Of a stretch of DNA of 64,000 nt, positions 28,381 through 40,850 are shown piece after piece. The first letter of the stretch is position 1. Each line of letters starts with the position of its first letter. The stretch comes from Octopus sinensis. Its lineage: Eukaryota. Under the pieces are notes generated by a model. That model did no database searches. It had not been told where the DNA came from and saw only the letters and a program-made list of their open reading frames with translations. Location of the stretch: the NCBI RefSeq assembly GCF_006345805.1, contig NC_043010.1, positions 55,304,001-55,368,000 of the forward strand, given 5' to 3'. The translations under genes were made by a program, and so were the position numbers.

Positions 28381-29362
28381 ATGCAAATACAACTTCCGTA
28401 ATTAAAGGCTCTGTTATGATTTGAGTAAAATTCAGCTGCTGGTTCTAGTAAACAGTGTCATCATTAGAACAACCACCTAGCTATTCATCTTGATGGGAAT
28501 ATATACATGCATAGACACAGCCTCGTGTGGTATAATTGTTACTGACAAATATCTTTGCCAAAATGCTCTCATTAGCACAGTGTGTTACTGCTAGTAATAT
28601 ATAGCACAGTATATATTACAATACAATATCAAAATAATAATAATATATATCTTTATTGTGCACCAGTATACGAGTTAGGATGGTAGCAATTATGCAGTTT
28701 TGGAATAAATTTCTGTATGTTCCTGCTGGGATGATAAAATAAGTATTAGCATGTAACTGCGTGGATATCAATTAGCTGGAATTCTTGCTTTCGTAATAGT
28801 GGCATCAGATGTAATAATACCATTGTTATTCCTTTTATAAGAAACAACAGAACAGGAAGACGGTATTCTTTTTTTCAAGAGAAAATATTATAGAAAGAAC
28901 AATAATGACAAGAAATTTAGTATTTGGCAATATTTAGATGGTTTGCACGTTGGCCGTGTTCAAATACTGGATTGGTATTTGACTTGTGTTTTGTCTCTAT
29001 AAAATTTCTACCGGGAATTCCAGACGTTATTATTGCTGTTTAGCTGTAGGCTATTGCTGTCTGCCTAAGCGTTTTATGAAAAAACAAAAACAAAACAAGA
29101 AACATCACTTTGTGAGGATCTCACCGAAAAATATATTGTGTTCTATACTCTTTACTCTTTTACTCTTTTACTTGTTTCAGTCATTTGACTGTAGCCATGC
29201 CTTTAGACGAGCAAATCAACCCCAGGACTTATTCTTTGTAAGCCTAGTACTTATTCTATCGGTCACTTTCGCCGAAGCGCTAAGTTACGGGGATGTAAAC
29301 ACACCAGCATCGGTTGTCAAGCGATGTTGGGGTCAAACACAGACACACAAACATATACACTT

Positions 29363-29402
<40 letters not shown>

Positions 29403-29807
29403 GTACGACGGGCTTCTTTCAGTTTCCGTCTACCAAATCCACTCACAAGGCTTCGGTCGGCCCGAGTCTATAGTAGAAGACACTTGCCCAAGGTACCACT
29501 CAGTAGGACTGAACCCGGAACCATGTGGTTGGTAAGCAAACTATTTACTACACAGCCACACCTACGCCTACGTTCATATTTGTAAATTATCATTTGAGGG
29601 ATGTTTTCGTTGTTCATAGCCATTGTTTCCGTGACTTCGACAGGCTCCTCTCCTAAATATGCATCAAATTTTAAATAATCACATATGCAAATACAACTCC
29701 CGTAATTAAAGACTCTGTTATGATTTGAGTAAAATTCAGCTGCTGGTTCTAGTAAACAGTGTCATCATTAGAACAACCACCTAGCTATTCATCTTGATGG
29801 GAATATA
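28381..29807. repeat. 123-bp direct repeats (28381-28503 and 29685-29807) flanking about 1.18 kb
   Basis: ATGCAAATACAACT..GATGGGAATATA occurs twice with 2 substitutions. Confidence 0.9.
29145..29570 (-). mobile_element. SINE family C
   Basis: Same blocks as 12524-12934, with a (TACTCTTT)n tail. Confidence 0.9.
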
Positions 29808-30259
29808 AACTAAACTTCCTTCGAACACTGCCTACGTTCTGGGTTCGGTGCACGTGCGAAATAAATGTGATGGTTACGGTTGGAATATATATGATCGCAG
29901 ACCTGCTCGATTAAGCTTCATACGAGGTATAAAATATATATATAAAAAACGATGCTGGTTTTCAATTTCTCTTTTGGCTTGACTACCAAGATTGCAATAC
30001 CATTTTTGAAAAGCTTATCTTACAAAAAATTGTCTATACGGACGCAAAATATGATATCGTTTACTCATTTACAGATCATTAATCAGGCGCTGAACTTTTC
30101 ATTTTCCCATTATATTATCGATGCATCATTACTGTCTTCGTTTTAACTGCTACAAATTAAAATCATTCTCCCTGAAACTATACTTATGGTGTCAGTAGAA
30201 AAAAAAAAAGAAGTAGTAAACGGAACGATTATTTGTAAAGGTACTACGTCCTGTATATG

Positions 30260-30328
<69 letters not shown>

Positions 30329-31287
30329 ATATATATAACATATACAATAAGGGTAGTTACGAGAATAAAACTACACGTTGCAAATAGACACCAAAGATCA
30401 CAAGCAGCTTTATCATACGCGCTAAAAACTAGAATGGGAACGAAAAAAATTCTTAATGAAAGAAAAAAAATAATATTTTCAAAACATAATAATTTGAGCC
30501 ATGAACTCCCTATAAAAATAGGATAATCTTAAAAAATTAGTCCGAAGCAGGACAGCTGCGACATAAGCCACGTGTTTCTATTTCAACTTTTTGAACATCA
30601 GTGTAAACTGTGAAACCGGTTGAAACATTGAATATAGTAATACAAAATATTTTTAACTTTCATCAGTGCATTTTCATCTGTTTTACCTGTATGTATGTAT
30701 GTATGTATTCATTTATATATATTTATATATAATTATGAGTGTGTGTGTGCACGTATGCACATTTAAAGATGAATGAATGCATGTATACATGCACGTATAC
30801 AAAATACGTATATAGATTTGATATAGGTACATAGATACATAACTAAATGGACTCATGCATATATACAAGCATAGAGATAATATGTATTCGGTATGTAAGA
30901 GAAGCTTGCATTCTAAAAGAAACTCTATGTAGCGGGTGGGGGTATGTGTATAGTGGTGTGGATTAGAGAAAACTAGTTCAAATTGTAATTTTAAAAAAAT
31001 ACATGCAATGCCATACAAGTGCACGTCGTGGAGACGAGAATGCTGCGTTTAAAAATACATATCTACACAAACACACACACACACACACACACACACATCT
31101 GTACTTACTTATATATGTTTCTTTTGACATTTATATGCAAACACACGTATATAGAGATATTTCTGCCCATATATTTATATATGTAAATATATATATATAT
31201 GTTTGTGTGTGTGTGTGTGTGTTTGTGTGTGTGTATACCCATATATGTATATATGTATCGGGTATTTATTGTCCGTTTACTTAACTA

Positions 31288-31330
<43 letters not shown>

Positions 31331-31365
31331 TAGTAATATATATATATAGATATATATATAATTAT

Positions 31366-31398
<33 letters not shown>

Positions 31399-31402
31399 TC
31401 GG

Positions 31403-31435
<33 letters not shown>

Positions 31436-32762
31436 CTGGGTATATATATATATATATATATAATATATTAGTATATATAATATATATATAATTATATTAT
31501 ATATATGTATGTGTGTGTGTGTATATGTTGGTATATATGTGTTAATGTGTGTGTGCTTGTTTGTAAACTATGTCTGAGTGTGAGCAATGGAAAGAGAGAG
31601 ATACAGTCAAACAGAGGAAGATTTCTCCTGAATTTTTGTGTATGTCTGGAGATATGTAAACGTGTAAACGTATATATGAATGTCTTCATTCTAATCACAG
31701 TACGATGTTATGTGTTCTGAAAGAGATTTTTGTCTCCAGTAAATCGTGATCTTCTGCCGAAACGACAACTGAATCTAAAGTTTCTTAGTCAACAATTGTA
31801 GACATAATACCATTAATTAAAAGTTCCTTCACCGACAACGTTTAGTTCTGGCTTTAGAAATGTCATTACAGCGGTAATTAGCAATTAATTCTTAGTGCCT
31901 AATGAATAATAAGAAGAACCCCACCAGGAAAATAAAAAGATGTAATTTCCAACGCGCCACTAAGGAATATGTGAAGATATGAGTCTTGAGAATGATAAAT
32001 GTGATGCATTTGTATGTCTGTGTTATATAATATATATATTTATATAAATTTACATATTTATTTGCGTATATATATATATATATATATATATAAGTCTCTG
32101 TGTTCATGTGAGCTTGGATATGTGTGTATGATCGTGTGCGTGTATGATTTATTACTTGTAGTAATTATATTTATATACATTTTCCAATATCTATGAATGT
32201 GAGTGTAGTCGTGTACATATACGTGTGAGCTAACGTCTTATGTATATTAATTTATACAAATATCTATAAGTAACCGTGAAATGCTTTATTAATAATGGTT
32301 GCTGGGTTTAGAAGTTCGCTTCAGCATGTTATATACACACATACGATCAAACTGCATGCAAATTTTCGTAGACATTTTGGATCGTAGTTTCGGGGCTTAT
32401 CTGCCCTTGCGACTTGAATTACATGGAAAGGTGGTTGGAGTATTGGAGTAACATTCATTTCTTAAACTACTGACACAGCTCCATTTTGCTTAAAACTTTT
32501 TACAGGCGTATATCACGTCTGCTTTGTCAGGCACTCGAAGATCAGAGATCGTGACGTACGCCCACGAGACTTTAAGTAATGAGGAGTTACTATGATATAT
32601 TTGTGTATGACTTAGTGTGTATGTGTGACTGTGGGTGCATACACAGGGCATTCATGCTAATTTTAATGAGTTTTTATGCATTCTTTCTTCATAAACACAT
32701 ACGTTCCTGTGTGATTGTAAGTGTATGAGTGTAGCTATAAGACTATATATATATATATATAT

Positions 32763-32793
<31 letters not shown>

Positions 32794-33230
32794 ATATAAG
32801 TCTCTGTGTTTGTGTGAGCTTGTATATGTGTGTATGCTCATGTGCGTGTATGATTATTACTTGTAGCAATTAATAGTAATTCTTGAGTCTTGAGACTTGT
32901 AAGTCACTGATACAAGCATTGCGTGAGACGTTCGGCTCTCGAGTAAATTTGAGAATATTGCCAATTAAAATAATGGGTTGCGAAAAGATTTTGGACTGTA
33001 AGTAGAAGAAGTCTAGCTCTAGGATACGAATACGTATCTCCTGTAGATACGGTAGGGGCAGCCTTCGACTATTCCTACCCAAAGGGGGTTTGCAGCTCAG
33101 TATTTTTATGCTAATACTTTTAACATTATGTATGGTTCGCGATGTATAATTCCAAAATAGAATCGTTTCACAGAGTCACAAAAGTTTATAAGTTATAATG
33201 ATGTCAACAATATATATATATATATATATA

Positions 33231-33277
<47 letters not shown>

Positions 33278-33329
33278 ATATAAATGGACGCCTATATAAT
33301 ATATAATATGATATATTATATATCTATAT

Positions 33330-33700
33330 ATTCCTTTATTCTTTGAATTGCTTTAGTCATTTAACAGAGGCCACGCAGGAGCATCGCTTTTTTAGTGAAA
33401 CAAATCAATCCCAGGGCTTATTCATTTTAAGATTAGTACTTATTTTATCGGCCTCTTTTGCCGAATTGTTAGGTTGCGTTGACGAAAATATACCTACGCA
33501 CGTTGTCAAGAAATGATGGCGCAACAAACAGAGGGACGAACACAAACAGATACAGATATATACATATATATAATATATATATATATCATATATATATATA
33601 TTATATATATATACGACGGACTTCTTTCAGTTTCCTTCTGCCAAATCTACTAAAAAGGCTTCGGTTGGACCGAGGCCACAATAAAAAGCACTTACTCACG
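33330..33700 (-). mobile_element. SINE family C, degenerate and lacking its head
   Basis: Recognisable TAGTACTTATTTTATCGG..TTTTGCCGAA and CTTCTTTCAGTTTCC blocks. Confidence 0.75.
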
Positions 33701-33740
<40 letters not shown>

Positions 33741-34289
33741 TATTATTATTATTATTATTATTCCTTCATAACACAGTGTAGGTAAAAATGCACCGCAGTC
33801 TTTAGTCATCTGTCAAGTTACAATAAGGACCTCAGACAGATAGTACTTTCCTTAAGATGTACTGTGTACCCAATAAGACTGCGTTTTGCGAGACGTCAAT
33901 CTTGCATGGGTTTTCCAGTTGCCTTAAGAAGTCTTGTTGTTGTTGTTGTTGTTGTTGTTGTTATTGTTTTATATTTGGCTGGAATATATACAATTTCACT
34001 CTCATCCAAAGACCACACGAGACAAGTTAAAAACTGAAGTCGGTATTCTGACTAGGGTGCCATATTTTGGTTTTGCACAGAAGAGTTCTACAGATATCTG
34101 TCAAAACATAACAAAATTAAAAGTTTCTTTTAAAAAGTAATTTGGTGCTAAGACGATATATATTCTTAAGATGACAGCAAAAGGTGTTTGCCATTATATA
34201 CATTGAACAGCATTATTGATAATGCTTATTGACTAAAATCTTTTTGGAATCACATAGAGAATATTTTTGTTTACACTGTTTTTCTTAGA

Positions 34290-34431
34290 TTTCCATTATT
34301 ATAATCATTATTTGTATTATTATTATTTGTATAATAATAATGATGATGATGATGATGATGATTGTTATTATTATTATTATCATCATCATCATCATCATTA
34401 TTATTATTATTATCATCATCATCATCAACAA

Positions 34432-34474
<43 letters not shown>

Positions 34475-34527
34475 GTCATCATCATCATCATTATTATTAT
34501 TATTATTATAATCATCATCATCAACAA

Positions 34528-34564
<37 letters not shown>

Positions 34565-34580
34565 GTCATCATCATCATCA

Positions 34581-34637
<57 letters not shown>

Positions 34638-34678
34638 CAACATTCTTCTTCTTATTCTTATTCTTCTTCTTCTTCTTC

Positions 34679-34715
<37 letters not shown>
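34290..34715. repeat. Compound (ATT)n/(ATC)n/(CTT)n trinucleotide array with an internal higher-order duplication
   Basis: The block (CAT)nCAACAA(CAT)nCGT(CAT)n(TAT)n occurs twice. Confidence 0.95.
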
Positions 34716-34716
<1 letters not shown>

Positions 34717-34910
34717 GAGTGAAAGAGCAGCGCAAACCATCAAAATGACACTAAGGTAAAATATAAGAAGCCCGGTATAACCATGACTACTCGTCTAATA
34801 AGGGTACAGCAGGCACATGCAGCATAACCATGTGTGCGCCACATGGTGATCTGATTTCATGATAAGCACAAAAACTTTCAGGAATTGTGCCTATAGTAGA
34901 AATGTTTTTC

Positions 34911-35312
34911 ATTATTATTTAAAATGTTGCACACTATCCAATACCTTGGTGTGGTTGAGTGAAGATATTGTGTCTATCGGGGTTTTGTACTGTCAGTAAA
35001 ATCACAACAACCACCTCAGATGTACAGTAATTTACGCAATATGCGTTCAGTTCCAAGTAATGCCAATTGTTGCAATCAACTAAATTGTAGGGTGCTTCTA
35101 AAGTGTCCAAATGCTTCTACAGGTTGTGTGGTGTTGTATTCCCAATGCTTCAATGAGAATAGGAACAACCTTTAAGTTTGACTCTCGTAGATGCTTCGTG
35201 ATCTCAATTCTCAGTTTTCCATACTCATCGATCTTTTTCTCTTTCTTTCATGATAATATATTGATCTCCTGGCACTGCCACTTCGATCAGTAGGCACTCT
35301 TGTTTGTACATT
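34911..35312 (-). mobile_element. R4/Dong-like LINE 3' end: endonuclease C-terminus, 3' UTR and TAA tail
   Basis: KQECLLIEVAVPGDQYIIMKEREK/IDEYGKLRIEI...KVVPILIEALG...LQQLALLGTERILRKLLYI*, followed by a UTR ending TAAATAATAAT. Confidence 0.88.
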
Positions 35313-36049
35313 CACTAAAGGTTGCTATGTCTGGCCTTCGGTGCTCTAACACCTGGTTTATCTCGAAGTCGAAGTCCTAGAGGATTTCTACCTTCCCCTT
35401 TTCCACCATTGCTTTATTATTATTATTATTATTATTATTGTTGTTGTTGTTGTTGTTGTTGTTGCTGCTGGTGTTGTTTTATTTCTCAGAACGTTCGGTT
35501 TTGTTTGTTCTGGTAGATTCTGTGAGAGCGGACAGTAGCCTTCCGACAGACTACTATTTCACGGGGTCTCTTTCCGCACATTATGAGCTTTGATACTTGG
35601 TTGCTAACTAACGTTTTCGACATTCAACATCCAAATACCAATGTCAGAGTCCTAAATGTCCCCCAGCGTTCTAGCTGAGACTCATTCCTCAATATTACCA
35701 GTTTAACTGAGACCACATTATCAAATTCGTCCTTGTTATTGGGTTCCTGTTCAGAGAGTGCAAGTAGTGATTCACACTGCAAGGCCTCTTCTATAACCTT
35801 TCGCGTTCTGGATCCCCCAAGATGGATCTGATAGGAAAAACACAGAAAAGACAATCTTTGTGAAGCGGAAACCATTCTCCTAATTTAAATCAGTAGGATA
35901 TGATACACAAGATCAATAAGGATATATGTTTCGCTTTGTCAAACATCCTTCGAAGAGTACAGTACATCTATAGGTGCAAATATTTAGAATCAGATTAGTT
36001 TGCCTAACTGAAGATAGTGAATTATTCATTAATATTGACAATATTTTCG

Positions 36050-36149
36050 NNNNNNNNNNNNNNNNNNNNNNNNNNNNNNNNNNNNNNNNNNNNNNNNNNN
36101 NNNNNNNNNNNNNNNNNNNNNNNNNNNNNNNNNNNNNNNNNNNNNNNNN
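36050..36149. other. Assembly gap (100 N)
   Basis: Run of exactly 100 N, probably a placeholder of unknown true size. Confidence 0.99.
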
Positions 36150-36811
36150 AGGTTGGACTTTTTGAAAATACGTAACTATAACTTCAATTCTTTGTATGCG
36201 AGTAATCGATGCGAGTTCACAGCTGCTGGCAGAACTGGAAATGTCTGTAACTTATAACTATTATATTCTAACTGGAAGTTCCTGTAGTAAATGAATTAAC
36301 CTTTTCAGAACTACAATTGTTGACAGCACTGGTAATAACCACTGCTCAATTTTATCTCTTGTAAGTGTAAATTCCATTATTTTTTTCGAGTAACTACATC
36401 AATTTCTCAGCTTCTTCCTAGATTTTGATTAGCGTAGCTTGGTTAGTGGATAGGCATATTCTGTCTGCGAAATCTGTCCTCGATTATGTAACCCATGAAG
36501 AATAAAAGAAAATAAGAGAAAGATTATATCATAAACGAGAACAAGAAATTTAGATTCAATTACTAGCGATTTTCTGATCAATTTTAACATTTTTTAAGTG
36601 TAAATTAAATGTACATGAGTGGCAAACGTGATATACGTTTTTAGCTTGACACACCAGAAGAATTAGATTTACTCTTTGCTCAAAGTACGTCAGCAGTTTT
36701 TGCATCAGCGGAGGCAGCTTGAGCAGTACAATCATCACTCATTGTAAAGTTTCATTTGTTGTTGCCAGAAAATTCTTCAGGTACGTAGTATTATTATTAT
36801 GAAGGCAGCGT

Positions 36812-37258
36812 AAGGCGCTGAGGTGGCAGAATTGTTACCACACCGGGCGAAATGCTTATCGGCATTTCGTCCGTCTTTAAGTTCTGAGTCCAAATTCCGC
36901 CGGAGCCAAAATTTCTTTTTATCTTTTCGGGGACGATAAAATAGATACCAGTTCAAATCTGGGGTTGATTTAATCGTCCCCGTTGCCAAAATTTGAAACC
37001 ATTATTATGAAGGTGGTATTACAATGACGAAGGCGGCGAGCTGGCAGAAACGTTAGCGTGATGGACGAAATGCTTAGCAGTATTTCGTCTGCCGTTACGC
37101 TCTGAGTTCAAATTCCCCCGAGGTCAACTTTGCCTTTCATCCTTTCGGGGTCGATTAAATAAGTACCAATGATGCACTGGGGTCAATATGATCGACTTAA
37201 TCCGTCTGCCTGTCCTTGTTTGTCTCCTCTGTGTTTAGCCCCTTATGGGTAGTAAAGA
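36812..37258 (+). mobile_element. Two family B SINEs: an older copy at 36812-37005 and a younger copy at 37030-37258
   Basis: The younger copy has a 20-bp TSD AAGGTGGTATTACAATGACG at 37010-37029 and 37259-37278. Confidence 0.9.
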
Positions 37259-37680
37259 AAGGTGGTATTACAATGACGTCTATTTTATCCCTCAGCAAGA
37301 TTCGCAGTTTTAATTGGAGTGAATGACTGCACTTAATTTCTATATCTTTTCTTTTATCTTTTATTTGTTTCAGTTATTGGACCTCGCCTATGCTGGCCAC
37401 TGCCTAGAAAAGGTTCTGGTCGAACAAAACGATTCCAGCTCTTACTGTCTTAAGTCTGGTATTAAAACTATCGGTCTCTATTGCCGAACCTAAGTTAGAG
37501 GAAGGTAAAAAAAAACCGACACCGGTTTTCAAGCAGTGGGGACGGGATACCAAAATACAGTGATATACACATACAAACTCTCTCTCTCTGTCTCTCTCTC
37601 TCTCTCTCTCTTTCACGCACACACACAGGCAGACACACACACACACACAAACACACACATATACATATATATATATATAT

Positions 37681-37966
37681 CACGTGACCGACCAGACCAT
37701 CAGATGTTGTTACACATCGCTGGTCACAATGCATTCGCATTGTTTTAGCCTTCGAATGACGCCACCCCGCTGGCTAAGCGAGCAGGCCAACAGAAGAAAG
37801 AGTGAGAGAAAGTGTGGTGAAAGAGTATAGCAGGGATCACCCCCGCCTGCCGGAGCTTTTTAGGTGTTTTCGCTCAATAAACACTCACAACGCCCGGTCT
37901 AGGAATCGAAACCGCGATCCTACAACCGCGAGTCCGCTGCCCTAACCACTGGACCATTGCGCCTCC
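37681..37966 (-). mobile_element. SINE with a family A head but a different 3' tail
   Basis: 37797-37966 matches family A, while 37681-37796 is unrelated to the tail of the other three copies. Confidence 0.88.
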
Positions 37967-38052
37967 CACACACACACACACACACACATATACATATATA
38001 TATATTATATAATATATATATATATATATATATCTGTATTATTATGTATATA

Positions 38053-38094
<42 letters not shown>

Positions 38095-38104
38095 ATATTA
38101 TATA

Positions 38105-38152
<48 letters not shown>

Positions 38153-38200
38153 TATGTATATATAATTATATCTATATATATATCTGGTATATATATAATG

Positions 38201-38232
<32 letters not shown>

Positions 38233-38494
38233 AGATATATATATTATATGTAGTATATATATATATATTGTTATATATATTATATATATATATATGTATA
38301 ATATTATAATATATATATAATATATGTTATATATAATTATGTAATAATATATGTATATATATATGTATATATATATATATGTATATAATATATATGTATA
38401 TCTATATATATATAGATGTAATATATATATATATATATGTATATTATATATGTATATATATGTATATATATATATATAAATTATATATTATATA

Positions 38495-38525
<31 letters not shown>

Positions 38526-38546
38526 TAATATGTATATATATATGTA

Positions 38547-38602
<56 letters not shown>

Positions 38603-38647
38603 GATATATGTATATATATATGATATATATATATATATATATATATA

Positions 38648-38694
<47 letters not shown>

Positions 38695-38695
38695 A

Positions 38696-38745
<50 letters not shown>
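37967..38745. repeat. About 780-bp degenerate (TA)n low-complexity tract
   Basis: Read directly from the sequence. Confidence 0.95.
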
Positions 38746-38749
<4 letters not shown>

Positions 38750-39519
38750 CGGGCTTCCACACGAATTCTGTCTATTAGATTCATTCGAAGGTATTGGTTT
38801 GGCCAAGATGCTGCGAAGTGGGGCCGAACACGAAGGGACGTAGTTTAAAGGGGCTTTCTTAACCCCGTAAACATTCAGCGCCATATTAAAATTTTCCTCT
38901 GGTGATGTTTTACTAGAAGTATATCATTTTTTTCTCTTAAATTAAAGAGGGTTCAGTTCAGTTAGAAACGAAAGTCGTAAAATTCTACAGGGCAGAAAAA
39001 GACCCATGGTGTTTCCAACAAGCTGTCAAGAAAGAAGGGAAAATGCTCAGCAACTACGAAGTCAAATAATATGATTACCATTTATATCTGCTTTTCTGAA
39101 TATTGAAAAATATATTGCAATGAAATAGCTCAATATCATGTTACAGAGCGGCCACGTAAATGTGTTGTGAATTTGTTCAATATGGAGAACGTGTTACGCC
39201 TTGATTGTTTGGTTCTTACTGTTTATAAATTATCAGCAACTTATGTGAAGGAAATTAATTTCAATTGGGAATTAATGCTCCAACGTAACTTTTCGTTTGG
39301 TATATAATTATCCGATTTTTCTTATTTTAACCTATATTTTCGTAACGATTTTTCTGCAACCTAACAATATTCAGTTCTTAAATCACATTCTGTATTACAT
39401 TACGTATGACACTCTATCTATCACTCCGCCCAATTATACATCCCTCCCTCCCTCCCTCCATCCATCCATCCATCCATCCATCTCATTCATTCATCATCTG
39501 TCCGTCATCTCCGTCCATT

Positions 39520-39975
39520 ATATCTTGGGCGATCGTTGGAGCAGAGTCCTGTGACATTACTTCTATAGCGCCAATCAGAAATAATGGTGATTTCACATTT
39601 CGGCACCATTCCAAATCGTGGCCAACTGAGCCGGTTCATATTATCCAAGGATCTCATTCTTGGTCTACCACTAGGTTTTCTGCCAGAATACCACGGCTTG
39701 AAGAATTCGTTTCGGTAAACTTTTCTGCGAAATTCTAATTGCATATCCGTATAACTGGAGCTGTGACTTCTCAATGCAGAAAAGTAGCGGCTCCACCTGG
39801 AAAAACTCCTTAATTTTCGAACTACGTATTCTGGAGAGTAATGTTACTCCAGAGATCAACCGAAGGAATCCAGTTTCGATCGCTTCTGTTTGCATTCGTG
39901 CTCTTTCAGTCATTGCCCAATATTCTTGAACAAAAGTGACGTCAGGCAGGATAACCGATCTGGAGATAGTAAGTT
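39520..39975 (-). pseudogene. RTE-clade (Rex3/Expander-like) LINE C-terminal region
   Basis: ISRSVILPDVTFVQEYWAMTERARMQTEAIETGFLRLISGVTLLSRIRSSKIKEFFQVEPLLFCIEKSQLQLYGY...GRKPSGRPRMRSLDNMNRLSWPRFG. Confidence 0.88.
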
Positions 39976-40793
39976 GGGTCTCGTTACCATCTCCCCTTTA
40001 GTGAGGATTCAATAGAGTTTCCCATTACATCACTCTTACTTAAAATCATTAACTTGAACAAAATGAGGCGAAAAGTAAAAGTCAACAGTTACTAGAGACT
40101 GAACCTGAAGAAATTAGATTTCATAAAATAATTTATGTCTTTTATCCGGCGTTAAAATCGTGTATGACAAGTAAAACGTCTACTATTACTATTAATATAT
40201 TACAAATTATATTAACAAATTCGTGAAGTCAGAATCTATGAACTGCAAAGATAGCGTAAATCATTCCGTCATAATTTTTCAGTGAAGTAATAGGTGACTT
40301 ATCTTGGCCATTGTCTATAATGGGATGCATAGAAATACAGGAACGTAAATCGGAAGTGTATTTCAACGTCACGTCTCTGATCACAGCACGTCTTTGAATC
40401 GTTCTAAAGAAAAGTGACATGCACGTAGAAATGCGGAACTATTAAGTGAATCGCACGTAATAATTCGTTCAACATACGTTGAAATATAGGCATACGTAAT
40501 ATACACACACAGTGTTGTATATATGCTATCTCACTCACTCCTCCCTCTCTCTCTCTCTCTCTAATATATATATATATTATATATATATATATATATACAC
40601 ACATACACACATATATATACGCATATATATATGCATATATATATCATATATACACATATATATATACATTATATATATATGCATACATATTATATTATAT
40701 ATACTTATTTATATAACCTATATATATATATATATAACATACACATATATATTATACATACATAATACATATATATATATATACATACATAAT

Positions 40794-40850
<57 letters not shown>

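Noticed and set aside
34267-34759. Poly-His/Tyr, poly-Ile and poly-Met ORFs
   Set aside because: They are translations of a trinucleotide microsatellite, with no splice or coding context.
35540-35590. Minus-strand GCGG..CCGT-GAAA hammerhead relic
   Set aside because: The CUGANGA box is not recognisable.
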